A stretch of 64,000 nucleotides of DNA from Candidatus Latescibacterota bacterium (GCA_965248755.1 OZ252149.1:3616001-3680000); one strand, 5' to 3'; counted from the first letter of the stretch, positions 39,998 through 52,464 are shown. Translations and numbers: made by a program. The notes: generated from the sequence alone by a model not told the origin.

Positions 39998-42900
39998 TCA
40001 GTTATTACTACCTGCTAACAATTCCTTATTAACATCCCAACCACTTCTCTGCAGTGCTTCTTCTTGTCCGGTAATACTATCCTTATGAACCGCAATGCAA
40101 AGGAGACGAGATGGACGTGACATCCCTACAAAAGCCATTTTTAGATTTTGAATTACTCTTTCTTTTGGCTTAGTATGCTCTCCCTTTATATAATTTATTA
40201 TTCGCTTAATGTCATAGTCATAAAAGAAAGTTTCAAGGTAACATGTTGCCGTATGGGTTTCGCCTTTGACACCATGAATAGTTGAAACTTCTATGTCGAT
40301 ATCAGTTGTTCCAGAAGAATATTTGTAGATGTTATTGCTCGAATGGGTTTCTTCATCATCCGCTTCCAAATCTGATGAATTTATAAAGATTGTAAGTTCA
40401 ACATTCACCTGATAATTAAAAAACTCCTTAAATTCATTGGTTAGATAATGTTTTATTTCTTCAAAAACTTCTTCTTGCCTGTGTATCTTCAAACACCAAT
40501 TGGCGAGCCTTACCCTAAAATCCTGGTAAAAATCCGAGTTTTTTTCTGATATATATTTATGCAGTTTTTTCTCTGTGAATGCCCTTCCATCGTCAGTTAC
40601 TCCTGCAATTCTTAAGCACTTTAAGAAAGCTTCCCCTAACCTCTTCTTGTAAAAATTAACTCCATTAGATGAAATAAAACTATCAGATTGTGGAGCTAAA
40701 TAACTTTTTAGCATACCGCTCCCCTTGACAGGGCGACAAATATTTTGCAAATTGGGGTTTGAGAAAGGAGGTCAAGGTGTCAAGCCCCGAAGTGAAAGAT
40801 GGTAAGCGCTGGACGGCGACCCGTAAGGTAGAGGTGGTGTTGGCTGTTTTGAAAGGAGCGAATGTATCAGAGGTGTGTTGGAAGAATGGAATTAGCCAGT
40901 CACAGGCGTATGCTTGGCGTGATAGTTTCTTGGAAGGAGGCCAGGAGAGTCTGAAGTCTCGGCGTGGTCGCAAGGATGCGAAGGAGCGGGAGGTCAGCCG
41001 GTTGGAGCGTAAGGTAGGGCACTTAACCCTCCAGTTGGAGATACTCGAGGAGGTAGCCCGTCTAAAAAAAACGAAGCGGTTGCCTTGAGTGAGCGGTTTT
41101 TGGGTCGAGGCTATTCCCGGAAGGTGGTAGCTTTGGCTTTGGGTTTGCATCGTTCGACTCTGTGTAGGCTTAGGTATAGAGGTGTCAGTTCTTCTGTCGA
41201 AGAGTCTGTGATAGATGAACAGCTTGCTTTTCGTATTCGAGGGATACTCGACCAAGAAGAGGCATTTGGTCACAGGCGGGTTTGGGCGCATCTTCGTTTC
41301 AAGGAAGGGGCATATGTCAACATCAAGAAGGTTCATAGGATAATGAAGCTTAAGGGGTGGCAGTGTAAGCTGTGGAATCCCCGATAGAATCAATCGGGGA
41401 CCCCGGGAGAAAGGGGCCACAGGTTGCCCAGAAGCGTTCTGTGATGGATCGTCCTGACAGTCTCTGGTCGGCTGACTTGACCAAGATCTATTGTGGGGAA
41501 GATGGTTGGTGTCCTCTTATTGCGGTGGTGGACAACGGGAGTCGGGAGGTTCCCCGGGTATCGTTTTAGTCGAAAAGGGAGGGCACTGGAGGCCACAGAT
41601 GCCCTGGATCGGGCCGTGATCTCTCGATACACTTCCTAAGGAGGCTGTCCCCCAGGGTCTCACTTTGCGCTCTGACAACGGCTCCATCTTTTTGTCTCGG
41701 ACCTATTTGGCAAGTACCGAATATTGGGACATTCGTCAAGAATATATTCCGAGCGGAAAGGCCGATTGGAACGGGGTCATAGAACGTTTTTTCAGGACCC
41801 TCAAGCAGGAGTGTGTGTGGCTTCACAATTTCAAGTCCTTTGAACAAGCTGAGAAGATCATATCTCAGTGGATCGATAATTACAACAAGAACTGGCTTCA
41901 TTCATCTCTGGGATACAAGACCCCGGAAGAGTGGAGAAAACAATTTTATCTGCTACCCCAAGTTGCTTAATTGATGTCGCTTTTCTGGGGGGCAGTACAT
42001 TAGATTACTAAATTCAGTTTTTTTAACTTTTATTTCTTTGGAGTAGCCGTCCCAATAACTTGGTATAGTTCTTTTTGTGTCATGCGGTTTTCCACGCCAT
42101 CCAACTGCTTTAAATACCCTTTTCTCATTCTGATGTAGATTATTTCTGATAATTATTTCACCGAATTTATCTAATACCTGCTGAATAGTATAATCATCAT
42201 AAACAATGATAACAGGAGTAATTTCATTTTGCCTGCCATTTCCCGTTATTGTCTGCCGGAAAACACAAAGTTTTTCAACCTTGCTTGCTATAGCGTTAGA
42301 AAATCTTTTACTACCTGTAATACACATAGTTCTGTCGTCAATTACTGCCCAACCGCATTCCAAGTTAGGGTCATAGTCAAATATTGATTGATTTAAATCA
42401 CCTATTTTTTGAATAACAACATTATCATTGAATATTTTATTCATCAGTTCGGACTGTATTGTACTTGAATCCTGCATTTCATCTATGAAAACATAGGCAA
42501 ATCTTTTTGCAAATACGTTTTTCAAATTAGGGTGCTTTTCAATGTGTCTTTCTGCTATATAATATGCATCATCATAGCTTAGTATTCCATCCAAAAGTAT
42601 CCGTTCTTTTAGTCTTAGCAATCTATCATAGTGTGCTCTTTGAGTTGTATCATTTGAATCTAATTTAAGTCTTTTACATATACCATTATCATCCAGGGAA
42701 AAATCTTCAAATCTAAGTGAATAAGGCAAATCTTTATGACCGCTCTGATAGCAAAATGCATTTGTTTTTCTACCTAAATATTTTCTCGTTCTTTCCATCC
42801 TATCAAGATAAATTTCGTTGTTTATGAATAATGGTCTTCGGTTGAACTGATTGATATACGTCGGTATCGCAAGATATTTATCCACGAAACTTTGAATTGT

Positions 42901-43184
42901 CCCAAAATGATTTGGGTAATTAGAGAGCTTTTTAGAAGCAAAGTAAGCGTGGCTTTTTATTTCATTTATAGCCACATTTGTGTGAGTTAATACGCAAATA
43001 CCCCTATTATTTTCAAGAGGCATTTGCCGGGACAAAATCAACAACTTGGCAATCAAAGCCTTTGTTTTACCACTACCCGGGCAGGCAAGAATATCTTTGG
43101 TTTCAAAACATTTTATTACTACCTTTTGTTCTTTATCGAAGTGCTCACCGGGCGGTAAAAGAATTCTTTCTGCCCAAGAAATAT
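39998..43184 (-). pseudogene. UvrD/Rep-like (GajB-like) helicase, IS-interrupted, 5' end cut by a second IS
   Basis: ACPGSGKT; LTHTN; IDEMQD; GDLNQSI; TIHGVKGETH; removing IS 40712-41999 restores EFSNL|KSYLA. Confidence 0.88.
40712..41999 (+). mobile_element. IS3-family variant copy with a disrupted orfB (1288 bp, TSD TTAG)
   Basis: Palindrome insertion at 41379-41399 plus single-base insertions; 4-bp TSD. Confidence 0.93.
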
Positions 43185-44450
43185 TGTACTGCTTCCCAGG
43201 AAAGCGACACCAATTAAGCAACCTGGGGTAGTAGATAAAATTGTTTTCTCCACTCTTTTGGGGTCTTATATCCCAGGGATGAATGAAGCCTGTTCTTGTT
43301 GTAATTATCGATCCACTGAGATATGATCTTCTCAGCCTGTTCAAAGGATTCAAACTTGTGAAGCCAAACACACTCTTGCTTGAGGGTCCTGAAAAAACGC
43401 TCTACAACACCGTTCCAATCGGGTTTACCACTTGGTATGTATTCCTGACGAATTCCCCAATATTCGGTACTGGCCAAATAGGCCCGAGCCAAAAAGATGG
43501 AACCATTGTCAGAGCGCAAAGTGAGACCCTGGGGGACAGCCTCCTTGGAAGTGTATCGAGAGATCACGGCCCGATCCAGGGCATCTGTGGCCTCCAGTGC
43601 CCTCCCTTTTCGACTAAAACGATACCCAGGAACCTCCCGGCTTCCGTTGTCCACCACCGCAATAAGAGGACACCAACCATCTTTTCCACAGTAAATCTTT
43701 GTCAAGTCACTCGACCACAAACTGTCGGGACTATCCACCACAGAACGCTTCTGGGCAACCTGTGGCCCCTTTCTCCCGGGACGATTCCACAGCTTACACT
43801 GCCACCCCTTAAGCTTCATTATCCTATGAACCTTCTTAACGTTGACACATTCCCCTTCCTTGAAACGAAGATGCGCCCAAACCCGCCTGTGACCAAATGC
43901 CTCTTCTTGGTCCAGTATCCCTCGAATACGAAAAGCAAGCTCCTCATCTATCACAGGCTCTTTAACAGAAGAACTGACACCTCTATCCCTAAACCTATAC
44001 AGAGTCGAACGATGCAAACCCAAAGCCAAAGCTACCACCTTGCGGGAATAGCCTCGACCCAAAAACCGCCCACTCAAGGCAACCGCTTCGTTTTTTTTAG
44101 ACGGGCTACCTCTTCGAGTATCTCCAACTGGAGCGTCAACTGCCCTACCTTGCGCTCCAACCGGCTAACCTCTCGCTCCTTCGGATCCTTGCGACCACGC
44201 CGAGACTTCAGACTCTCCTGGCCCCCTTCTAAGAAACTATCACGCCAAGCATACGCCTGCGACTGGCTAATTCCATTCTTACGACACACCTCAGATAGAT
44301 CTGCTCCTCTCAAAAGAGCCAACACAATCTCTCCCTTACGGGTCGCCGTCCAGCGCTTACCATCTTTCACTTCGGGGCTCGACACCTTGACCTCCCTTCT
44401 CAAACCCCAATTTGCGAAATATTTGTCGCTCTGTCAAGGGGAGCGGTATG
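43185..44450 (-). mobile_element. IS3-family intact copy (flanks ATAT/GTTT, no TSD of its own)
   Basis: orfA and orfB proteins identical to the 10709 copy. Confidence 0.95.
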
Positions 44451-44620
44451 GTTTCTTGCGAGACTGGGAACTTTCTTGTTGACATCTGGTTCGTTTTATC
44501 CTGTGACCTCGATCACCACGTGATTGAGGCAGCTTACTTCACGGCTTCAAGGTCGCTCAGCGTACGACAGTCGCTCAGAAAATTCAACCGTCACTAATCA
44601 CAGATAGTAGAAGTGAAAGA

Positions 44621-45886
44621 TGTACTGCTTCCCAGGAAAGCGACACCAATTAAGCAACCTGGGGTAGTAGATAAAATTGTTTTCTCCACTCTTTTGGGGT
44701 CTTATATCCCAGGGATGAATGAAGCCTGTTCTTGTTGTAATTATCGATCCACTGAGATATGATCTTCTCAGCCTGTTCAAAGGATTCAAACTTGTGAAGC
44801 CAAACACACTCTTGCTTGAGGGTCCTGAAAAAACGCTCTACAACACCGTTCCAATCGGGTTTACCACTTGGTATGTATTCCTGACGAATTCCCCAATATT
44901 CGGTACTGGCCAAATAGGCCCGAGCCAAAAAGATGGAACCATTGTCAGAGCGCAAAGTGAGACCCTGGGGGACAGCCTCCTTGGAAGTGTATCGAGAGAT
45001 CACGGCCCGATCCAGGGCATCTGTGGCCTCCAGTGCCCTCCCTTTTCGACTAAAACGATACCCAGGAACCTCCCGGCTTCCGTTGTCCACCACCGCAATA
45101 AGAGGACACCAACCATCTTTTCCACAGTAAATCTTTGTCAAGTCACTCGACCACAAACTGTCGGGACTATCCACCACAGAACGCTTCTGGGCAACCTGTG
45201 GCCCCTTTCTCCCGGGACGATTCCACAGCTTACACTGCCACCCCTTAAGCTTCATTATCCTATGAACCTTCTTAACGTTGACACATTCCCCTTCCTTGAA
45301 ACGAAGATGCGCCCAAACCCGCCTGTGACCAAATGCCTCTTCTTGGTCCAGTATCCCTCGAATACGAAAAGCAAGCTCCTCATCTATCACAGGCTCTTTA
45401 ACAGAAGAACTGACACCTCTATCCCTAAACCTATACAGAGTCGAACGATGCAAACCCAAAGCCAAAGCTACCACCTTGCGGGAATAGCCTCGACCCAAAA
45501 ACCGCCCACTCAAGGCAACCGCTTCGTTTTTTTTAGACGGGCTACCTCTTCGAGTATCTCCAACTGGAGCGTCAACTGCCCTACCTTGCGCTCCAACCGG
45601 CTAACCTCTCGCTCCTTCGGATCCTTGCGACCACGCCGAGACTTCAGACTCTCCTGGCCCCCTTCTAAGAAACTATCACGCCAAGCATACGCCTGCGACT
45701 GGCTAATTCCATTCTTACGACACACCTCAGATAGATCTGCTCCTCTCAAAAGAGCCAACACAATCTCTCCCTTACGGGTCGCCGTCCAGCGCTTACCATC
45801 TTTCACTTCGGGGCTCGACACCTTGACCTCCCTTCTCAAACCCCAATTTGCGAAATATTTGTCGCTCTGTCAAGGGGAGCGGTATG
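44621..45886 (-). mobile_element. IS3-family intact copy (TSD AAGA)
   Basis: Identical orfA/orfB proteins; 4-bp TSD. Confidence 0.95.
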
Positions 45887-45967
45887 AAGAGGACTTGACC
45901 TACAGGCTGTTTCGTTGTATCTTTTGCTATAGCATTTGTACAATAATGTATAAATACTATAACAAAA

Positions 45968-47255
45968 TGTACTGCCCCCCAGAAAAGCGACATCAATTAA
46001 GCAACTTGGGGTAGCAGATAAAATTGTTTTCTCCACTCTTCCGGGGTCTTGTATCCCAGGGATGAATGAAGCCTGTTCTTGTTGTAATTATCGATCCACT
46101 GAGATATGATCTTCTCAGCTTGTTCAAAGGACTTGAAATTGTGAAGCCACACACACTCCTGCTTGAGGGTCCTGAAAAAACGTTCTATGACCCCGTTCCA
46201 ATCGGCCTTTCCGCTCGGAATATATTCTTGACGAATGTCCCAATATTCGGTACTTGCCAAATAGGTCCGAGACAAAAAGATGGAGCCGTTGTCAGAGCGC
46301 AAAGTGAGACCCTGGGGGACAGCCTCCTTAGGAAGTGTATCGAGAGATCACGGCCCGATCCAGGGCATCTGTGGCCTCCAGTGCCCTCCCTTTTCGACTA
46401 AAACGATACCCGGGGAACCTCCCGACTCCCGTTGTCCACCACCGCAATAAGAGGACACCAACCATCTTCCCCACAATAGATCTTGGTCAAGTCAGCCGAC
46501 CAGAGACTGTCAGGACGATCCATCACAGAACGCTTCTGGGCAACCTGTGGCCCCTTTCTCCCGGGGTCCCCGATTGATTCTATCGGGGATTCCACAGCTT
46601 ACACTGCCACCCCTTAAGCTTCATTATCCTATGAACCTTCTTGATGTTGACATATGCCCCTTCCTTGAAACGAAGATGCGCCCAAACCCGCCTGTGACCA
46701 AATGCCTCTTCTTGGTCGAGTATCCCTCGAATACGAAAAGCAAGCTGTTCATCTATCACAGACTCTTCGACAGAAGAACTGACACCTCTATACCTAAGCC
46801 TACACAGAGTCGAACGATGCAAACCCAAAGCCAAAGCTACCACCTTCCGGGAATAGCCTCGACCCAAAAACCGCTCACTCAAGGCAACCGCTTCGTTTTT
46901 TTTAGACGGGCTACCTCCTCGAGTATCTCCAACTGGAGGGTTAAGTGCCCTACCTTACGCTCCAACCGGCTGACCTCCCGCTCCTTCGCATCCTTGCGAC
47001 CACGCCGAGACTTCAGACTCTCCTGGCCTCCTTCCAAGAAACTATCACGCCAAGCATACGCCTGTGACTGGCTAATTCCATTCTTCCAACACACCTCTGA
47101 TACATTCGCTCCTTTCAAAACAGCCAACACCACCTCTACCTTACGGGTCGCCGTCCAGCGCTTACCATCTTTCACTTCGGGGCTTGACACCTTGACCTCC
47201 TTTCTCAAACCCCAATTTGCAAAATATTTGTCGCCCTGTCAAGGGGAGCGGTATG
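45968..47255 (-). mobile_element. IS3-family variant copy with a disrupted orfB (TSD AAAA)
   Basis: Same lesions as the 40712 copy; palindrome at 46568-46588. Confidence 0.93.
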
Positions 47256-47299
47256 AAAAGTCTATAACAATAGTCTATTTCTTGTCGTAAGGAGGAGAG

Positions 47300-47464
47300 A
47301 TGGCAGGGGAGAAAAAGAGATCAGGAAGTAGAAGAAAGATGGACAGAAGAACATCTAATCCTGCCCTTCCTGAGGGCAGCCAGGACAGACGTTCAGATAA
47401 GGATAGAAGAACGGAGACAAATAGACGAAATAAAGAAAATGACACTCCACTTGAGGAAACCTAG
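47300..47464 (+). CDS. 54-aa protein rich in DRR repeats (absent from the ORF track)
   Basis: AAGGAGG RBS; MAGEKKRSGSRRKMDRRTSNPALPEGSQDRRSDKDRRTETNRRNKENDTPLEET. Confidence 0.6.
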   Translation: MAGEKKRSGSRRKMDRRTSNPALPEGSQDRRSDKDRRTETNRRNKENDTPLEET

Positions 47465-47642
47465 ACTACTCCTCAGTGCGCGGCTGGGATATTGTGGTCT
47501 CTTCGAGGGCGATCCCTTCCGAAGAACTATAGCCGTAGATTCCCACTTTTGATTAAACCTGAAAACCACATTCGGGATCTGGTGGAAAAATGGAACACAT
47601 TCTTGAAAAAGGTGTTCAAAATCTAGAGCGAGGTCGTTCATA

Positions 47643-48725
47643 ATGAGGGTAATTCGCATAGATAGCGTTTCTCCAGGATCCATCGTCGAAAAGAATATAT
47701 ACTCGGCCGACGGTCAGATACTTATAGCCCACGGAGTGGAACTTACGTCAGGCTACATAGAGCGACTGAAGAGTTTGGGGGTACTTTCAATATATATATA
47801 CGACAAAAGATTTGAAGACGTGGAAGTTCACGACGTGGTCTCGGTAAAAGCCAGAGCCGTTGCTTCCTCAACAGTAAAGGAGACATTTATAAAGGCTCAA
47901 GAGACATTTGAGTCCCAGTCAGCTATAACTATAGATAAGCGGAAAGTGAAGGCGGCTGTGGACCAGATCGTAAATGACCTGATAGTGAGTAGTACGGATT
48001 TAGTTAATCTGGTAGATGTGAAAACCTACGATGATTATACGTATCAGCATTCTGTGAACACGTGCATCTTGAGCATTATGGTGGCTATGAGAATGGGGTA
48101 CAACGAAAATCGTCTAAAGACCCTCGGGATGGGTGTGCTGCTGCGTGACCTGGGGGAGATCATGATCCCAGGTGGGATCATGAGTAAGCCCGGAAAACTG
48201 ACCGAGGAAGAATTCGCGGAAGTAAAAAAGCATCCACTTAACGGGTACAACATACTCCATGAGAGGTCAGATCTGGATCCTGTGGTTACGTCTGTGGCGC
48301 TTCAGCACCACGAAAAGCTAAACGGGAATGGTTACCCGCAGGGCCTGAAAGGAGATAATATCCATGAGTTCTCAAGAATCACATTACTGGTGGACATCTA
48401 CGACGCTCTGACGTCCAACAGAATCTACAAAGCAAAAGTGGCTCCCCACAAGGTCTTAAACCTGATAGCAGCAAAGTCAAATGAGGAATTCGATCCGAGG
48501 ATAGTGGAAATCTTTCTTTCAAAGGTTGCCAGGTACCCAGTAGGGAGCATAGTGGAGCTGAAGACTGGAGAAAGAGCCGCAGTACTGGAGAATGCTCTGG
48601 AAAAATTCGACGAACCCCTGATTCGAATCATAACTGACAGCGAGGGCGCTGAAATAGATAAGCCATATACTTTAGATCTTTCTGAAAGCGGAGATCCTGC
48701 GATTAAGGGCATTGTAGATTGGTAG
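47643..48725 (+). CDS. HD-GYP domain protein with a degenerate HD motif
   Basis: YTYQHSVN; LLRDLG in place of LLHDIG; QHHEKLNGNGYP. Confidence 0.88.
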   Translation: MRVIRIDSVSPGSIVEKNIYSADGQILIAHGVELTSGYIERLKSLGVLSIYIYDKRFEDVEVHDVVSVKARAVASSTVKETFIKAQETFESQSAITIDKRKVKAAVDQIVNDLIVSSTDLVNLVDVKTYDDYTYQHSVNTCILSIMVAMRMGYNENRLKTLGMGVLLRDLGEIMIPGGIMSKPGKLTEEEFAEVKKHPLNGYNILHERSDLDPVVTSVALQHHEKLNGNGYPQGLKGDNIHEFSRITLLVDIYDALTSNRIYKAKVAPHKVLNLIAAKSNEEFDPRIVEIFLSKVARYPVGSIVELKTGERAAVLENALEKFDEPLIRIITDSEGAEIDKPYTLDLSESGDPAIKGIVDW

Positions 48726-49067
48726 AAATTAAGGAAGATAATCAACCAACAGCATTGAGCGTGTAAGTATCTTAAGAAGTAGTTGGAACCGGCGCTTGAA
48801 AGGGTAAATTACTGGTGGAATGAATCGGATCTTATCCGTTGACTTGCTCGCCAGGTGGCTCAGCATGATAAAATAAAACTCTCTAGCCCAGATAGGCAAA
48901 CACCTTTTTATGGGTACAGCTACTCACCGCCAAAGGTGGCACGTTACTATTTTCAATGAGGAAAACTTGACCTACTTTTCCAGCTCTACCCGAGGAAGGT
49001 GGCAAAATCTTTATCGTTTGTTATAAACGCAATGGCGAAGCCCGTATCTCTACAATAAGGACTATTT

Positions 49068-50261
49068 ATGTCTAGACAGACTCAAGATATCCGGTCAGGC
49101 AAATGGGATAAATTAGGCCTCCTACTCAGGGTTATCCTCCAGCTTATAACTACTATGTGTCTCGTGGCTCTATCAGTCTCTGTCGCCCTTGCACAGTCCG
49201 AGGGAGACACTCTGCTGACTGAGACTCTCGAGGTACCGCAGCAAGTTGAACAAGAGGGAGATACCGGTCGGAACATCACCCCCTCGTCTCGGACATCGCC
49301 CGAAATAGAAAAAGATGAAGCATCTTATCCATCCAGCTTCATCAGTAAGAATGTAATTGGTATAGTAATTCTATTGTTCGTCTTATTGTCTGTTTCCATC
49401 TGGCGCTTTGCGTTGTATTACCTGAGAGAACACAGTGAGGCAACTGCCGAGCATGAGGTAGCTGTCGAAACCGATACGCAAGAAATCTCTCCATTTGTTC
49501 AACAGGCTATTGCGTTAGATAAACAGGGTAGATACGAGGAGGCAATTGAAAAGTTTCAGCAGGCTACCGAACTCGATCCGAAAGCTACCTATGCATACTA
49601 CAAGTGGGGCAATACGTTGGCCAACCAGGGGGATAGTAATGGGGCAATTGAGAAGTATGAGAAGGCCATCGAAGTCGACCCAGAATATGTCCATGCATAC
49701 AACGACTGGGGTAATGCGTTGGCCGACCTGGGGGATGTGAACGAGGCAATCCTCAAGTATAAGAAGACTATCGAACTGGTCCCAGAATATGCGCATGCAT
49801 ACTACAACTGGGGTCTTATGTTGCACGACCGAGGGGATAATAAGGGGGCAATTGAAAAGTATAAGAAGGCCATCGAACTCGACCCAAGATATGCCGATGC
49901 ATACGACAACTGGGGCAATGCGTTGGCTGACCAGGGGGCTCATGAGGAGGCAATCGGAAAGTTTCAGAGGGCCGTCCAACTCGATTCCAAAGCTGTCCCT
50001 GCATACAACAACTGGGGTGTTGCGCTCTATAAAGAGGGAATGCACGGAGAGGCAATTCAAAAGTTTCAGCAGGCTATCGAACTTGACCCACAATTTGCCA
50101 TGGCGTATTACAGTTGGGGTGAAGTGTCTCATTCCCAAGGGGACAGCGATGGGGCAATCGAAAAGTATGAGAAGGCCATCGAACTTGATCCCCAAGGTCC
50201 AGCTGGGACCAAGGCACGAAGAGCATTGGATGACATTGCGGAGAGTAAAGCGGAACTCTAA
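49068..50261 (+). CDS. Membrane-anchored TPR protein, paralog of 36429
   Basis: TPR repeats; shared DTLLTETLEVPQQ...GDTGR motif. Confidence 0.85.
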   Translation: MSRQTQDIRSGKWDKLGLLLRVILQLITTMCLVALSVSVALAQSEGDTLLTETLEVPQQVEQEGDTGRNITPSSRTSPEIEKDEASYPSSFISKNVIGIVILLFVLLSVSIWRFALYYLREHSEATAEHEVAVETDTQEISPFVQQAIALDKQGRYEEAIEKFQQATELDPKATYAYYKWGNTLANQGDSNGAIEKYEKAIEVDPEYVHAYNDWGNALADLGDVNEAILKYKKTIELVPEYAHAYYNWGLMLHDRGDNKGAIEKYKKAIELDPRYADAYDNWGNALADQGAHEEAIGKFQRAVQLDSKAVPAYNNWGVALYKEGMHGEAIQKFQQAIELDPQFAMAYYSWGEVSHSQGDSDGAIEKYEKAIELDPQGPAGTKARRALDDIAESKAEL

Positions 50262-50270
50262 TTAGGGGTT

Positions 50271-52292
50271 CTATGGGGATGCCAAGAAGTCTCTCCTTTT
50301 TATGTTATACTTTTCCATCTTATTATACATAGTCCTCCTGTTCATGCCCGCCGTCTTTGCGGCAAGGCTTATGTTGCCCTTGCATCTGGTAAGCACCTTT
50401 CGCAGATACTCTCCTTCGACCTCGGCAATTGCCCTCTCTTTCACCTCATCCAACGGAAGACTGTCATCTATCGTGACAGTGTCAATTCCCCCCATCTTCT
50501 GAATTGTCCTGCTGGGAATCTCAATGTGAGTCAAAGAAGAGCCCTTCTGCATCAGGACAGCCCTCTCGATGAGATTCTCAAGCTCCCTTACGTTTCCGGG
50601 CCATTGGTGTGACGCCATGTCCGATAAGATGTCCGGTTCGATATGCCGTATATCCTTATTTAGCTTCCCACACGCCTTCGTTAAGAAATGGTAAGCCAGG
50701 AGAGGAATATCCTCAATCCTTTCCCTTAAGGGAGGAAGATGTATGGGCACAACATTAAGTCTGAAATAGAGGTCTTTTCTGAAGGAACCCTCTCTTTCGA
50801 GTTCTTCCAAGGGGAGGCTGGAGGCGGAGATTATCCTGACGTCCGCCTCTATCTCATCTTCGCCTCCGACCCTTGTAAATATCTTCTCTTCGATCACCCT
50901 CAAGAGTTTAATCTGCATAGGGTAAGGTATATCTCCTACCTCATCCAAGAAGAGCGTTCCCCCACCTGAGAGCTCTATTTTTCCGATCCTTTTTCTATCG
51001 GCGCCTGTGAAGGCGCCCTTTTCGTGGCCGAACAGCTCGCTTTCAAAAAGGGACTCAGGAATAGCTGCGCAGTTGAGGGACACGAATGGACTGTCGTGTC
51101 TGTCGCTACCTAAATGAATCGCCTTGGCTATCAGATTCTTGCCCGTCCCGGTCTCCCCCCTTATGATAACGGTCGTATCGCTTTGAGAGACCACCCGTAC
51201 TAAGTTTAAGACCTTTAACATCTCTTCACTTGTGCCTATGATGTTGTCTACGTTGTATCTTTCGCCGAGCTCCCTTCTGATAAGGTTTAGGTCCCTGTGG
51301 TTTCTCTGCATCTTTATGGCGTCGGCCAACTGGCCTGAGAGTGTCTCCAGGGCCTTCACGTCACCTTGATCGAATGCACTTGTTCTGTCGCTTTCGACGT
51401 TTAAGACCCCTATCACCTTTTCATCCACCAGCACGGGCACGCAGATTTCCGAGCCTGTCTTGAGCCCGTTGACCACCACGTATGTAGGTTCCTTGCTCAC
51501 ATCGTTTGCAAGCAGAGTCTTCCCGTTTCTTGCTGCCCATCCCAACATTCCTACCCCGAGGCTCTGTCCGTGCCCCCTTCTAACGATGCCCCGGTAGGCA
51601 CCCGCATGAGCCGTCAAAACCAGATTCTGTCCCGATTCATCCAGCATAAACAAAGACACATTGTAATAGTTCAGGTTCTCTCTTATCGAGACGACAGCCA
51701 TATCCAAAAATTCCTCAAGTTGCTTCTTGAGGATATTCTGACGGCCCAGACGATTTATGAGATCAAGCTGAATGTCGCGTTTCCTTTCCAGGGATCCCCG
51801 ACCGCTCAGGACATCGCCCAAAAGATCGGCATGTTCCGAAAGACTCTCCAGATTTTCCGTCTGTATCTTGCTCTCCCTGAGGGAAGCTATATTAAGAGTT
51901 CCGATGAGACCATTTTCGTAGACAAGCGGAATAACACCGACCTCAACAGCCTCTATCCCGGGGAAGAGCTCTTCAGCAATTCTTTGCACCCTTTTGGTAA
52001 TAACATCGGGATTTCCTTGGGACGCTATCCTTTTAAGTATCTTTGCACAAGTAGCGCGTCCACTGCCAGATGAAGTCCACCGCGGCAGAATCACGATCAT
52101 ACCGTCATCTGAAGAGTCAAACAGACAGAGACTAACACCATCTATCCCTTGATACTCTTTGATAGCCCTGAAGACCCCACCCACAGCAGATCCGATGTCA
52201 TAGACGGGTATATAAGACCTCCATATCCATAGGTTGTATAATCTAGAACACACTGTATATACTATTATACACTTGATTCGCTTCCCAGTCAA
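50271..52292 (-). CDS. Sigma54-dependent Fis-family activator with GAF domain(s); start uncertain
   Basis: GETGTGK; ESELFGHEKGAFTGA; WPGNVREL; C-terminal HTH. Confidence 0.92.
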   Translation of the reverse strand: MTGKRIKCIIVYTVCSRLYNLWIWRSYIPVYDIGSAVGGVFRAIKEYQGIDGVSLCLFDSSDDGMIVILPRWTSSGSGRATCAKILKRIASQGNPDVITKRVQRIAEELFPGIEAVEVGVIPLVYENGLIGTLNIASLRESKIQTENLESLSEHADLLGDVLSGRGSLERKRDIQLDLINRLGRQNILKKQLEEFLDMAVVSIRENLNYYNVSLFMLDESGQNLVLTAHAGAYRGIVRRGHGQSLGVGMLGWAARNGKTLLANDVSKEPTYVVVNGLKTGSEICVPVLVDEKVIGVLNVESDRTSAFDQGDVKALETLSGQLADAIKMQRNHRDLNLIRRELGERYNVDNIIGTSEEMLKVLNLVRVVSQSDTTVIIRGETGTGKNLIAKAIHLGSDRHDSPFVSLNCAAIPESLFESELFGHEKGAFTGADRKRIGKIELSGGGTLFLDEVGDIPYPMQIKLLRVIEEKIFTRVGGEDEIEADVRIISASSLPLEELEREGSFRKDLYFRLNVVPIHLPPLRERIEDIPLLAYHFLTKACGKLNKDIRHIEPDILSDMASHQWPGNVRELENLIERAVLMQKGSSLTHIEIPSRTIQKMGGIDTVTIDDSLPLDEVKERAIAEVEGEYLRKVLTRCKGNISLAAKTAGMNRRTMYNKMEKYNIKRRDFLASP

Positions 52293-52464
52293 TGGTATTC
52301 TTGGGATATTCTTGGGAAGGATACTTGAACGTTATTCGAAATATATGTGTACCCAAGACCACAGTCCCTTTTATATCGAAGACCAATCTTTACTGACCGT
52401 TTACAGGTAATAACACATTGAGTATACAACTGTTACGTATAGGTTATTCCTATGGGTGGTTCTA

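Noticed and set aside
48730..49060. Possible c-di-GMP riboswitch after the HD-GYP gene (GGCAAAC)
   Set aside because: The rest of the consensus is not seen; an Rfam scan would be needed.
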